DNA from: a virus
Taxonomy: Duplodnaviria; Heunggongvirae; Uroviricota; Caudoviricetes
Reading direction: 5' to 3' (one strand)
DNA: 64,000 nucleotides
Virus record (IMG/VR): IMGVR_UViG_3300028584_001240
Position numbers and translations under genes: made by a program. Positions 31,533-40,492 of the stretch are shown one piece after another. How positions within the stretch are numbered: position 1 is the stretch's first letter; every line of letters begins with the position of its first letter. Below the pieces are notes generated by a model. That model was given only the letters and a program-made list of their open reading frames with translations. It was not told where the DNA came from and did not search any database.

Positions 31533-32441
31533 TTAAACTTTGTGGTGACCCAACTCAGTAGATCTCAAACCGGCTACCAAACTAGTCAACTCTTTAAGTT
31601 CAGCGTTAGTGCCTGCGTCACTGATAATAAGTGAACCTTTACCGTTTGCAACATCACGTAATGTGTCAAATTTGTTCAATTGAAGAATCATAGCTACTGC
31701 CATTTCATTAGAGATATTCAACGAAGAAGAAAGATTTTCAATCGCTTCATTAAAACCACGACTAATAGCAAGACGTTGATCAGCAATACCTTCACCTTGT
31801 AATTTCTTAGACTCTTTTTGTGCCTGAGCTTCTGCAACAATAGTAATTCTTGAAGCTTCTGCACGGTTCTTGGCAGCTTCTTTTTCACGCTCAGATGCAG
31901 TTACTGAGTTGTATGAGTCTTGAACATCACTGGTTGGAATTGGTTCGTCAACGAGAACCGCAACAATTTTGAAACCAAATTCTTCCATCTTTTTAGACAA
32001 CACTTCTTCAATGACATCTTGAATTTCATCACGAACGCTATAAAGTTCCAAGAATGTTTTCTTACCCACTTCTGAACGAACAAGGTTGCTAACATAACTA
32101 ATGATTTGTGTTTCTGGATCATCAAGTTCATAAGCAGCTTTTTCAGCATCAAGTACATGGTACTGAACGTTTATTGGGTATTTAATAAATAAGTTGTCAT
32201 TAGTTTTCAATTCAAGCACAGTGCTCAATTGTAAAATGTTCAAAGGAACAACTTTATCAACAGCTTGAATCGGCCAAGGAAGTTTAAAAGACAAACCAGC
32301 TTCTTTGATTGCAGAAAACTTACCAAATGTAACAATTACTGAAACATGTTTGTTTTTGGTCAAAACAACACATGAGTAAACTAATAGTCCTATTAATCCT
32401 ACTAATAGTAGTATCATAAAAGCATTTCCGAACATATACAT
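31533..32441 (-). CDS. SPFH/band-7 (stomatin/HflC/YqiK-like) membrane protein
   Basis: 302 aa. N-terminal TM segment followed by an SPFH domain, then an Ala/Glu-rich coiled-coil (EREKEAAKNRAEASRITIVAEAQAQKESKK). Confidence 0.7.
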   Translation of the reverse strand: MYMFGNAFMILLLVGLIGLLVYSCVVLTKNKHVSVIVTFGKFSAIKEAGLSFKLPWPIQAVDKVVPLNILQLSTVLELKTNDNLFIKYPINVQYHVLDAEKAAYELDDPETQIISYVSNLVRSEVGKKTFLELYSVRDEIQDVIEEVLSKKMEEFGFKIVAVLVDEPIPTSDVQDSYNSVTASEREKEAAKNRAEASRITIVAEAQAQKESKKLQGEGIADQRLAISRGFNEAIENLSSSLNISNEMAVAMILQLNKFDTLRDVANGKGSLIISDAGTNAELKELTSLVAGLRSTELGHHKV

Positions 32442-32520
32442 TTCTCCTTTTAAATTAATGCTTTTCTAGTATAAATTAAAGAAGATAAATGTCAAATTTG
32501 AAAATCTCAAAAATGATACA

Positions 32521-32546
32521 CAAAAAAAAATGAGGCCGAAGCCTCA
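32521..32546 (-). terminator. intrinsic terminator (tgaggc-cgaa-gcctca, T9 on minus strand)
   Basis: RC reads aatgaggcttcggcctcattttttttt. Confidence 0.65.
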
Positions 32547-32566
32547 TTAACAAGTATTATAATCAG

Positions 32567-33097
32567 TTAAAAGTCAACAGGAAGTTCAATGCGTTCACTT
32601 GCGACCAGTTCCCAGAAGCTGGTGTAAATCATGGCGTCCGTCAGTTGTCGAGTAAGTTTTTCGTTATAAATATATTCACAAATTGCACGAATTCTCATTT
32701 CAGCTTCACGGTATCCACGAACGAAAGGTTGCCAATTTAATTCTGAACCTGTATTGAATTGTTGGAAAAGGAGATAAATAAAAGCGAGTTCTTTTTGTTT
32801 CTTAGCGGCTTCGCCAAATTGTTTAATATTTTCTTTATTAACACCTTGTGCAGAGATGCGACGCTGAATGCTTGCAAACTGATAAAGCATATTGTCAATG
32901 GCAAAGGCATAGCTGATTGAATAGTATTTAAAAGCTTCTGCTGTATCAGCAAGGTTATAGTTTTCAACAGATTGTTCAAACATCAAGCGTGAATCGACCA
33001 GTTTTTTACGAGTTGGAGCTTCGATTAAGTCTGTCTCTAAATAGTGAGCATTGCCACTTTTTTGCGATTTAAAAAGCTTACTTAGTGAAGAATTCAT
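32567..33097 (-). CDS. hypothetical protein (176 aa)
   Basis: ORF table. No motif recognised. Confidence 0.45.
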   Translation of the reverse strand: MNSSLSKLFKSQKSGNAHYLETDLIEAPTRKKLVDSRLMFEQSVENYNLADTAEAFKYYSISYAFAIDNMLYQFASIQRRISAQGVNKENIKQFGEAAKKQKELAFIYLLFQQFNTGSELNWQPFVRGYREAEMRIRAICEYIYNEKLTRQLTDAMIYTSFWELVASERIELPVDF

Positions 33098-33226
33098 GGT
33101 TAGCTCCTGTCGATTGAGTAGAACTTATTATAGCACAATTTTTATGAAAACAAAATATTTTAATGCTCCACTTATCTTTTTTTTTAAATATGATAAAATG
33201 AATTAAAACAATAACAAGGAAAATTA

Positions 33227-34099
33227 ATGACTTTATTTCGTAAAAAAACTGCTGATGAAATGCAATCAAAAATATTAGATACCATCCAAGAATACAGAGA
33301 ATCATTGCATGAAAAACAAAAAATAGAAGAAAAAGTTGAAAGCAGTAGATTTAAGGCTATTGCTGGCATGTTAACAATGTCTGCGGCTTCACTGGGTGCT
33401 TTTGGTGTAATAACCGTAGCTTCTTCTGGTTTGATTGCAGCTCCACTTGCTGCAGCAATAGTAACAGCAAGTGTACCTATTAGTAGTGTCGCCTTAGCCT
33501 ATGCTGGTGTAAATCATCTTGTTAGAAAATATCATGAAAGTAAACTTTCGAATGGCTTCGGTATAAAATCAATGTTGACTGATGAAGATTTTGTTAAAAA
33601 AGCTGGAAGTAAATTTGATAAAAAAATAAATAATATTTTATCACAAACATCTGACCATAAACGATTGCAATATAGCCAACTTGATGAATTAAAAAAGGCT
33701 ATTATTAATGATAATGGAACTTCATTAGATGATGCGTTGAAAGCAATAAATCTACCAGATACAAAGCATAAAAAAGTATTCAAAGAAAATATATCAGGAC
33801 AACTTGAAGCTAGTTTAGAAAGAATTATGCCAAAGTCATTTTATTCAAGTAGAAAAGAAAGTTTGAAAACAGGATTAGGATTAACCGTTGCAATGGGCGG
33901 TGCAGTAGCTGCTGTTGGCGGAATGTCAGCCGCTTCTTTAATGGTCACTGGATTAGGTGTAATTGGTGGGGTTGGAGCCTTAGCGTGGTCAGGAATAAGA
34001 ATGGCAGCCGAAGCTATCGAAAATCGTCAAATCAAGAAAGAATTTGGTGTGAAAAATGACGAAGAAGCTGGAAAAAGAAAGACAAAATTAGCACTATAA
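33227..34099 (+). CDS. hypothetical membrane protein with two Gly/Ala-rich (glycine-zipper-like) hydrophobic segments
   Basis: 290 aa. Segments AGMLTMSAASLGAFGVITVASSGLIAAPLAAAIV and GLGLTVAMGGAVAAVGGMSAASLMVTGLGVIGGVGALAWSG. Confidence 0.5.
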   Translation: MTLFRKKTADEMQSKILDTIQEYRESLHEKQKIEEKVESSRFKAIAGMLTMSAASLGAFGVITVASSGLIAAPLAAAIVTASVPISSVALAYAGVNHLVRKYHESKLSNGFGIKSMLTDEDFVKKAGSKFDKKINNILSQTSDHKRLQYSQLDELKKAIINDNGTSLDDALKAINLPDTKHKKVFKENISGQLEASLERIMPKSFYSSRKESLKTGLGLTVAMGGAVAAVGGMSAASLMVTGLGVIGGVGALAWSGIRMAAEAIENRQIKKEFGVKNDEEAGKRKTKLAL

Positions 34100-34124
34100 A
34101 AAAAGGCACTTAGGTGCCTTTTTT
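34098..34124. terminator. bidirectional terminator ggcac-ttag-gtgcc + T6
   Basis: aaaaaaggcacttaggtgcctttttt read directly. Confidence 0.65.
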
Positions 34125-34133
34125 CAATCTTGA

Positions 34134-34433
34134 TTAGTTGGTTTTCAATTCAGTCGTTAGTCTGGAAACAAACCATTCTTCAAGTGTTTGAATGCTTGGC
34201 TCGGAGAATTCAAAACCTTTTTGTTTTTCTTTATTTTTAAAGTATCCAAAATACATCAATTCGAATTCTCGACCGATGAATTGGAATACATATTCCTTAC
34301 GCTCAACAGCCGCAAGGCAAGCAGTCATCATATCATAAAGAAATTTTTCTTTGCTTTCATATTCAAATGGAACGATGTCAGTCCCATACCAAGTGAACTC
34401 ATCACCGATAGAATATTCCATAACAAATCGCAT
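34134..34433 (-). CDS. hypothetical protein (~99 aa from MRFVMEYSIGDEF...)
   Basis: Table ORF 34134..34613 is extended through an AT-rich intergenic region. The internal Met is preceded by GAGGAT SD. Confidence 0.4.
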   Translation of the reverse strand: MRFVMEYSIGDEFTWYGTDIVPFEYESKEKFLYDMMTACLAAVERKEYVFQFIGREFELMYFGYFKNKEKQKGFEFSEPSIQTLEEWFVSRLTTELKTN

Positions 34434-34600
34434 ATTGAAATCCTCAACTGGTTTAATTGAAGCTATTATAACAGAAAACAAAGAAAAAGTAACTATTTTT
34501 TTATGTTCTTTTTTGTTGATAAAATTAAGGATAAGTGATAAAATCAAGAATAACTTTACTGGCTTTTTTTGGCTTGTATTAAAACAGATTAGGAAAATTA

Positions 34601-35494
34601 ATGAAAATAACACCCAAAGAATTAGAAGTCTTGAAAATCTATACTCAACAACTTAAACTGAGTGTTGTTGATGGCGTATTGCAGTTAAACGATGAACCAT
34701 TAGACTTATTTCCCTATCTTTTAAATAAATATCGTGGACTTCATGATATTCATATAGATTTTACGTCTCAAAGCATTAGAAATAATAATAAAGGTACTTT
34801 GTCTGTCTATGATAATAGTTTTACAGTGCTCACAGGTGACATTTTAATTAATGAAAACAATGTAAGATTTTTAGTTGATGGGTTTACATTTGAAAATGAT
34901 GAATTCTGTAAATATGTGTTAGAAATGAAGTCACTCAAACAAAATAGTAAAGATTTCTCAATGACATTAAATTATGAGAACTTTGGTAAATATAGATTAC
35001 GATGTGGAATGAATAATTCAACAATTTTGATGAGAATGTTAGCCGATCCATTGAATGAAACAAAATTTAAATTTCCTTATTTTAATTACGAAGAGTCGAG
35101 AGTAATTAAAGATAATACTGTATTGTATGAAACAATATGTAAAACTGAAATTGAAGAAGTTGACAAATATAGATCTTTATATGTAGCAAAAATACATGAA
35201 CTAATAAAAACATGTCAATTTGAACAGGGGCGATTAATTAATATTAAAACAACAGTTGATCTCAATTCAGCAGATATTTTATTTGACACGAATTTTATTT
35301 TGAATAAAAGTGAACAAAGAAAAATGTTGGAATATGTGTTCAATAACTATGATGAAATCAATGTTCCATTATATTCCTCAATCATAAAAAAGAGTGAAAA
35401 TTTTACAGCGAAAACATTTCAAACAGATGTTGTTTTCAATAGCCGAGAAATCATTAAAAACTTCTTAGACCTAACAGATATGGCAACTATATGA
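34601..35494 (+). CDS. C-terminal tail family protein (297 aa; ends ...NFLDLTDMATI)
   Basis: ORF table. Tail motif. Confidence 0.55.
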   Translation: MKITPKELEVLKIYTQQLKLSVVDGVLQLNDEPLDLFPYLLNKYRGLHDIHIDFTSQSIRNNNKGTLSVYDNSFTVLTGDILINENNVRFLVDGFTFENDEFCKYVLEMKSLKQNSKDFSMTLNYENFGKYRLRCGMNNSTILMRMLADPLNETKFKFPYFNYEESRVIKDNTVLYETICKTEIEEVDKYRSLYVAKIHELIKTCQFEQGRLINIKTTVDLNSADILFDTNFILNKSEQRKMLEYVFNNYDEINVPLYSSIIKKSENFTAKTFQTDVVFNSREIIKNFLDLTDMATI

Positions 35495-35587
35495 CGCCAT
35501 TATTTTATCCTCTAAAAACAAGATAAATATTTGACTTTAATAAGATTTAGCGTAATCTATAGTTAACTATAATTTATAATATAAGGT

Positions 35588-36343
35588 ATGATCGTGACTA
35601 AGACATTAAAATTAACCACACTGCTAATTGCTATGGCGGGAATACTGCCATCTCTAGCTGCTTACAGAATCGCAATTCCATTAGAAACAACACAAGGTGG
35701 TGCTCTTCCAAACGGAAGCATCGTTATAGGGAATGTTAATCAACCAACTCAACCAACACCACCAAGTACTAACTGTGTTTATAATAGTGAATCTTATGTT
35801 CAAATGCTTAAAATAAGTAATCCTACATTTGAAGCTGGAGATAGAGTTTTTATCTATAATAATAATCTTGTAGGTTATGATAGTCCATCAAATGGACTTA
35901 CACCACCTAACGGATTAACTGCTGGAACTCAACAAGCTGAGTTAATTGAAACTACTGACTTTGAGCTTTGTGGTGATAATCTAGAAAGTTATCCAGCATT
36001 ACCACCAATTGGCGGTGGTGGACCACCACCGGGACCAATAGATCCTCCAGTAGATGATCATACAGGACCGGATTGGACACCTGAATGTATATTGAATACA
36101 ACGACTGATTATGCAGCAATAAACACGCTCAATAATTCTCGTGAATTTCATTCAACGACATTTGGATTAAATCATGTTGCAGTCCAAAATTGGAATTATG
36201 TTCCTGCTGATTATGATCCAAATAATCCATCATCATATATATATTTTGATAAATCAGAACAAACAGGAGATCCACGAGTTTCTGGACCAAATCCTGATTT
36301 TACATATTCTGAAATATGTAGAGTTAGAAAAAGAGACTTATAA
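35588..36343 (+). CDS. secreted Pro/Gly-rich protein (signal peptide; PPIGGGGPPPGPIDPP)
   Basis: 251 aa. N-terminal hydrophobic signal-like segment LTTLLIAMAGILPSLAAY. Confidence 0.5.
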   Translation: MIVTKTLKLTTLLIAMAGILPSLAAYRIAIPLETTQGGALPNGSIVIGNVNQPTQPTPPSTNCVYNSESYVQMLKISNPTFEAGDRVFIYNNNLVGYDSPSNGLTPPNGLTAGTQQAELIETTDFELCGDNLESYPALPPIGGGGPPPGPIDPPVDDHTGPDWTPECILNTTTDYAAINTLNNSREFHSTTFGLNHVAVQNWNYVPADYDPNNPSSYIYFDKSEQTGDPRVSGPNPDFTYSEICRVRKRDL

Positions 36344-36451
36344 AAAATAAAGCACTTAGAAATAGGTGCTTTTTTTTGCTATGTAATAATTGTGTAAAGC
36401 TCATTGTAAATGATTATTATTTTGATATGATATGATCAAGATAACACCACA

Positions 36452-36874
36452 ATGGAGTTTACCATGAAAAAGATAATCACAAGTTTAGTTTTAGCCAGCA
36501 CATTACTATCAGTAGGTGTAGCTCAAGCACGCGGTGGACATCATCACGGCGGTGGAAATGATTTCGGTAGATTTGTGGGTTACACTGCGGCTGCAGCTTT
36601 AACAGTTGGTGCTGTATCCTATGTCATTAATTCTGGAAATAACAATGCTTACAATAGAGGTTATAATGATAGGGCTAGGTATCAAGCAGCAGCCAGAGAA
36701 CAAGCGGCTTACGATTATGAAATGAGCAGACGTTATCAGCCACAACCTGTATACTATTCACAACCTGTCTATTACGCTCCACCAGTAAGACAACAAGTTA
36801 TTTATGTTGATAGACCTGTTTACTACACACCACCTGTGCAAAGAGTGTATTACAATGGATACTACCCATATTAA
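36452..36874 (+). CDS. secreted His/Gly-rich protein with Tyr/Pro-rich repeats (GGHHHGGG; QPVYY x3)
   Basis: 140 aa. Signal peptide KKIITSLVLASTLLSVGVAQA. Repeats PVYYSQPVYYAPPV...PVYYTPPV. Confidence 0.55.
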   Translation: MEFTMKKIITSLVLASTLLSVGVAQARGGHHHGGGNDFGRFVGYTAAAALTVGAVSYVINSGNNNAYNRGYNDRARYQAAAREQAAYDYEMSRRYQPQPVYYSQPVYYAPPVRQQVIYVDRPVYYTPPVQRVYYNGYYPY

Positions 36875-36915
36875 AGAATAAAAAAAGACCTGAAAAGGTC
36901 TTTTTTGTTGTGTTG

Positions 36916-37086
36916 TTATTTCTCGTAATGTTCATTCATCCGTTGAAGATCTTCTGGGCTTAAATCCTTACCATCCCAATCAAGAATACCAAGTCTATCA
37001 TCAATACGCCATTGAGATTCAGCGTCTAATTTACCATAGTTAGTTGGACGTTCAAAACTTTTTTCAAACATTTCTCTTTGATTCAT
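36916..37086 (-). CDS. small hypothetical protein (~56 aa, MNQREMFEKSFERPTNYGKLDAESQWRIDDRLGILDWDGKDLSPEDLQRMNEHYEK)
   Basis: Manual translation. Below the ORF-track cutoff. Confidence 0.3.
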   Translation of the reverse strand: MNQREMFEKSFERPTNYGKLDAESQWRIDDRLGILDWDGKDLSPEDLQRMNEHYEK

Positions 37087-37130
37087 ATTTGCTCTCCAAT
37101 TAAAAATACATTAGGACCATCATGCTTTGC

Positions 37131-37215
37131 ACCATGCACTGAAGGAGTCGAACCTTCTAGTTTAGGGACTCGAACCCCGCTTAACACAACAGACTACTGC
37201 CGTTCGCCATCACGT
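37131..37215 (-). pseudogene. degenerate tRNA-like element with two tandem T-arm-like motifs; no complete cloverleaf found
   Basis: RC contains GCGGGGTTCGAGTCCC and GAAGGTTCGACTCCTTC (GGTTCGAnTCC T-loop consensus twice). I could not fold an acceptor stem or an anticodon arm. Confidence 0.3.
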
Positions 37216-37255
37216 CCTAAATCTGGTGAATGGATGTAAACCATCTCATTCATGT

Positions 37256-38095
37256 TTATACACTAATCATATCATTAAGCTTTAAAACATCTCGATAATC
37301 AAGATTAAAATCAATACCATATTCATCATTTAATCTTGGCTTCAAGTTTTTACAAGCCAAATCATAGAGATAACGATATACATAATCTTGCAATTCACTT
37401 TCAGCAATCACCAATGTTTCTTCTGGCACTAATTCATCTAATACTGCCAAGTCACTTTTATAATTTTCTTTTGGCTGACTGGTAATAAAAAGCTCTTGTG
37501 AACTTTTGGTATATACCATATTGACAACGACTTTATTTAAATCTTGTGTAAATAAAAGCTTGTCAGTTTCTAAACTTTCATAAAAAGCAAAAATACAGAT
37601 TGAATATTTTAACACAAATTGAAAGAAACTTCTATGTATATCTACAAAATCAGTACCTGAAAAATAAAATTCATTATCATGCTGCATAATACAGATTTCA
37701 CGTTGTTCAAGATTCGGGCCATCAGTGTAACTGAAAAAATAAAGCATTTCTTTTGGGTGTAAAATAAAACTAATATTATGTTTATCTTTAAAAATAGCAA
37801 AAAGCTTATCAACCAAGACATCAGAAACATGAAAAAAGATAGGGTATGCTAAATAACACATTACTCCATCAATTGTAGCCGTTTCATTAACGTAGAGTTT
37901 ACGAGCAATAGTTTTCAAAACGCATTGATTATTTTTATAAAAATAAATATCTTTGAGATCTTTCAACGTACATGACACCCCATTACTGGAAAATGCATGC
38001 ATCGTTTTTGTCATGTCATCATAATAGAAACTGATTTCAACGCCGTAAATACGAGACGTTTTAATAAACCAGTGTTGTTCAACATTCGGATGCAT
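37256..38095 (-). CDS. C-terminal tail family protein (279 aa; ends ...LKLNDMISV)
   Basis: ORF table. Tail motif. Confidence 0.5.
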   Translation of the reverse strand: MHPNVEQHWFIKTSRIYGVEISFYYDDMTKTMHAFSSNGVSCTLKDLKDIYFYKNNQCVLKTIARKLYVNETATIDGVMCYLAYPIFFHVSDVLVDKLFAIFKDKHNISFILHPKEMLYFFSYTDGPNLEQREICIMQHDNEFYFSGTDFVDIHRSFFQFVLKYSICIFAFYESLETDKLLFTQDLNKVVVNMVYTKSSQELFITSQPKENYKSDLAVLDELVPEETLVIAESELQDYVYRYLYDLACKNLKPRLNDEYGIDFNLDYRDVLKLNDMISV

Positions 38096-38149
38096 AACAA
38101 GACCTCAAAAAAATAAACCTTATAGAATTATAAGATTTATGTAATAATG

Positions 38150-38224
38150 TTGAAGAGGAAGGATTTGAACCTCCGACATACCCGCCCAAAATGCAGGCTG
38201 CTCTACCCACTGAGCTACCCTTCA
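38150..38224 (-). tRNA. tRNA, anticodon most likely UUU (Lys); no encoded CCA
   Basis: RC is TGAAGGG-TA-GCTC-AGTGGGTA-GAGC-...CCTGC-ATTTTGG-GCGGG...GGAGG-TTCAAAT-CCTTC-CTCTTCA. Acceptor stem (one G-U), D-arm and T-arm fold well. Junction spacing around the anticodon stem is slightly non-canonical, so the isotype is tentative. Confidence 0.6.
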
Positions 38225-38272
38225 AACTCTTTATAAAACAATAGAGCAACTAGGTTACTCTATTTTTTAAAT

Positions 38273-38349
38273 TGGTCGGAGTGGCAGGATTTGAACCTGC
38301 GGCATCTTGCTCCCAAAGCAAGCGGTCTACCGGGCTGACCTACACTCCG
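38273..38349 (-). tRNA. tRNA-Pro (anticodon UGG) with genomically encoded CCA
   Basis: RC is CGGAGTG-TA-GGTC-AGCCCGGTA-GACC-G-CTTGC-TTTGGGA-GCAAG-ATGCC-GCAGG-TTCAAAT-CCTGC-CACTCCG-A-CCA. Perfect cloverleaf, G37. Confidence 0.85.
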
Positions 38350-38521
38350 TTTCGATAAGTAAATAATACGATATTCATACTGCATTGTCAACATTTTTTT
38401 TTATGATTGAAATTTTATCAAAAATACAACACTTTAAAATTTTTAAAAATAATATTACTTATTGGTTTTTATTGACTTTTTATAAAAAATGGTAAACTGT
38501 TGAAAACATTTAATTTATTTT

Positions 38522-39259
38522 ATGAAGAATTGGCAAATATTTGAAAAGAATTGTTTGGACTATCTTAACCAGACCAACCTCGATGTAATGATGAAATATA
38601 CATCGAAAGGAAGTTCTGACTCCACAATATCAGATATCCAAGTCATGGAAAATGATGTATTGTCTTATTACATAGAAGCCAAAATGCCAAAATCTCAGTG
38701 TGGTCAATTTGTGCTACTAAAAAATGACAATAACGAGTTCTATTTTAGTGAAAGAAATAAGATTGCGATTAATGAATCTTCAAAAGAAATAATTGAATAT
38801 ATTAACAACAATCAATTAAATGAAATTGAAAAGAAAAACATTCCATTAGTTTTGTCACAAGAATTAATTGTAGATTACATTCTTACGCATTACAAAGAAA
38901 AAGAAGTAAAGTATATCATTACAAAGAAAAAAGATGATTACCAACTAATACCATTGAATAAAAATGACTTATTAAATGCCTTTGAATTTAGTGCAACATT
39001 ACGAATGAAGAAAAGCGGTTCAAGAAGTCTCACAAAATCTTTTGAAGATAAGCTAATTCATCATATAGAGAAAGAGTTCATCAGCAAAGAGAACATAGAC
39101 AATAAAACAATGTATCTGTTAAACAAAGAAGGTGATTTCATCATTCATATAGATGGTTATGACTTATTTTTCAAACAACAAGAAAATAAAATGTATGTGG
39201 TAAGAATATTGTCAAACACAAACAATTATTGTGTAATATTTTCATTGAATTTAAAATAA
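38522..39259 (+). CDS. hypothetical protein (245 aa)
   Basis: ORF table. Long AT-rich upstream region. Confidence 0.45.
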   Translation: MKNWQIFEKNCLDYLNQTNLDVMMKYTSKGSSDSTISDIQVMENDVLSYYIEAKMPKSQCGQFVLLKNDNNEFYFSERNKIAINESSKEIIEYINNNQLNEIEKKNIPLVLSQELIVDYILTHYKEKEVKYIITKKKDDYQLIPLNKNDLLNAFEFSATLRMKKSGSRSLTKSFEDKLIHHIEKEFISKENIDNKTMYLLNKEGDFIIHIDGYDLFFKQQENKMYVVRILSNTNNYCVIFSLNLK

Positions 39260-39295
39260 TGATAACATCTATGCCAATTATTATCATGAAAGACA

Positions 39296-39325
39296 AAAAC
39301 CGCATCTCTGCGGTTTTATATTTTC
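39296..39325. terminator. bidirectional terminator aaccgca-tctc-tgcggtt + T-rich
   Basis: Read directly between convergent genes. Confidence 0.55.
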
Positions 39326-39336
39326 AACAATTTCTC

Positions 39337-39999
39337 TTAAATAGTGGACATTTCAAACAGTAAACATAATGAATCATAATCCATAGTTTCAGGTGTAACA
39401 CCTACTTTGTATTCATCTGGAATGTCTTCATATCGTGTTCTTAATAAGGCTTTGATGGCTTTGCTTTGATCGGTAATTCCATGCTCAATAAACACATCGC
39501 CACGAGTAAATGAATACTCTCGAAGATCGACAAAAAAGCCAGTCTTCTTGTAATTTTCTATGTCATCTTGTTTGTATTCAGCAAACGTTCCTTTTTCTTT
39601 ATTCAAATTAATACAATGATTGAATCCATTGTTCCAACGAATAATCACACGACTAGGTTTAAGAATATCGTCAATAATATCAGAATCATAATGAACCGAT
39701 ATCGTATAGTGATAATTGTCATAACGCATGATGGGATATTTTAACATAGTAGCAAATGAATTAAATTTATCCATAAAACGCAAACTGTAATTAAAATACG
39801 ATTCGGTTGTGATATTATTTGTTTTTAAAATGTCATTAACTAAATCGGCCCAACCACTATAAGCACAATCTTTAATAATACGTTTATCTTTCCAGTAGAA
39901 ATGAAAAATATGTCTTCTCGACTTTGATGGTGTTTTAAAGTTGATTTGATCATCGTTTTTAATGTAACGAGATCCTACTGCTTTATCAAATTTCTTCAT
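39337..39999 (-). CDS. C-terminal tail family protein (220 aa; ends ...LCLLFEMSTI)
   Basis: ORF table. Tail motif. Confidence 0.55.
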   Translation of the reverse strand: MKKFDKAVGSRYIKNDDQINFKTPSKSRRHIFHFYWKDKRIIKDCAYSGWADLVNDILKTNNITTESYFNYSLRFMDKFNSFATMLKYPIMRYDNYHYTISVHYDSDIIDDILKPSRVIIRWNNGFNHCINLNKEKGTFAEYKQDDIENYKKTGFFVDLREYSFTRGDVFIEHGITDQSKAIKALLRTRYEDIPDEYKVGVTPETMDYDSLCLLFEMSTI

Positions 40000-40037
40000 A
40001 TGTGTACCTATCTATTAAAAGGTAACAAAACACGCTA

Positions 40038-40406
40038 TCAATGCAGTGTTTTCACCTTGGATGCGTTATAGAAACTCAGCTTCTGAGCGAGTTCCCCAAT
40101 GAGTGATGTTCGCGTAACTTCACAGATAGGATTGAAAATAGATTGAAGATGATCAAGACTGAGCTTATTATACTCTGCAATTTTCTGCATTTCCTGAAAA
40201 TCATCGGCGGTCTTAGGCTCCATAAAAAGCAAAATAAGAAAATCACCAACCTCAGATTCATCAGTAACCATAGCTTCTGGATGGCCGAGGGATTCAAGGA
40301 TAATAGCTGTTTCTTTTTCAAAGATATCCACTAAATCGCTATCTGCTTTCTGAACGTCTACTTTGTTAGTCATCTCGCCTCCAATATTATTGTCTAATAA
40401 TAGCAA
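40038..40406 (-). CDS. hypothetical acidic protein (122 aa)
   Basis: ORF table. Confidence 0.4.
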   Translation of the reverse strand: MLLLDNNIGGEMTNKVDVQKADSDLVDIFEKETAIILESLGHPEAMVTDESEVGDFLILLFMEPKTADDFQEMQKIAEYNKLSLDHLQSIFNPICEVTRTSLIGELAQKLSFYNASKVKTLH

Positions 40407-40492
40407 AAAAATACCATAATGTCAAACTTAAAGAAACTTGAAAGAACGTCTTAATTGTGTTAAAATAATGAAAATTTAATGGGAATTAATAG

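Noticed and set aside
37141-37180. Second T-arm motif (GCGGGGTTCGAGTCCC) as an independent tRNA gene
   Set aside because: No acceptor stem, D-arm or anticodon arm can be built around either T-arm motif. Treated as a degenerate remnant only.
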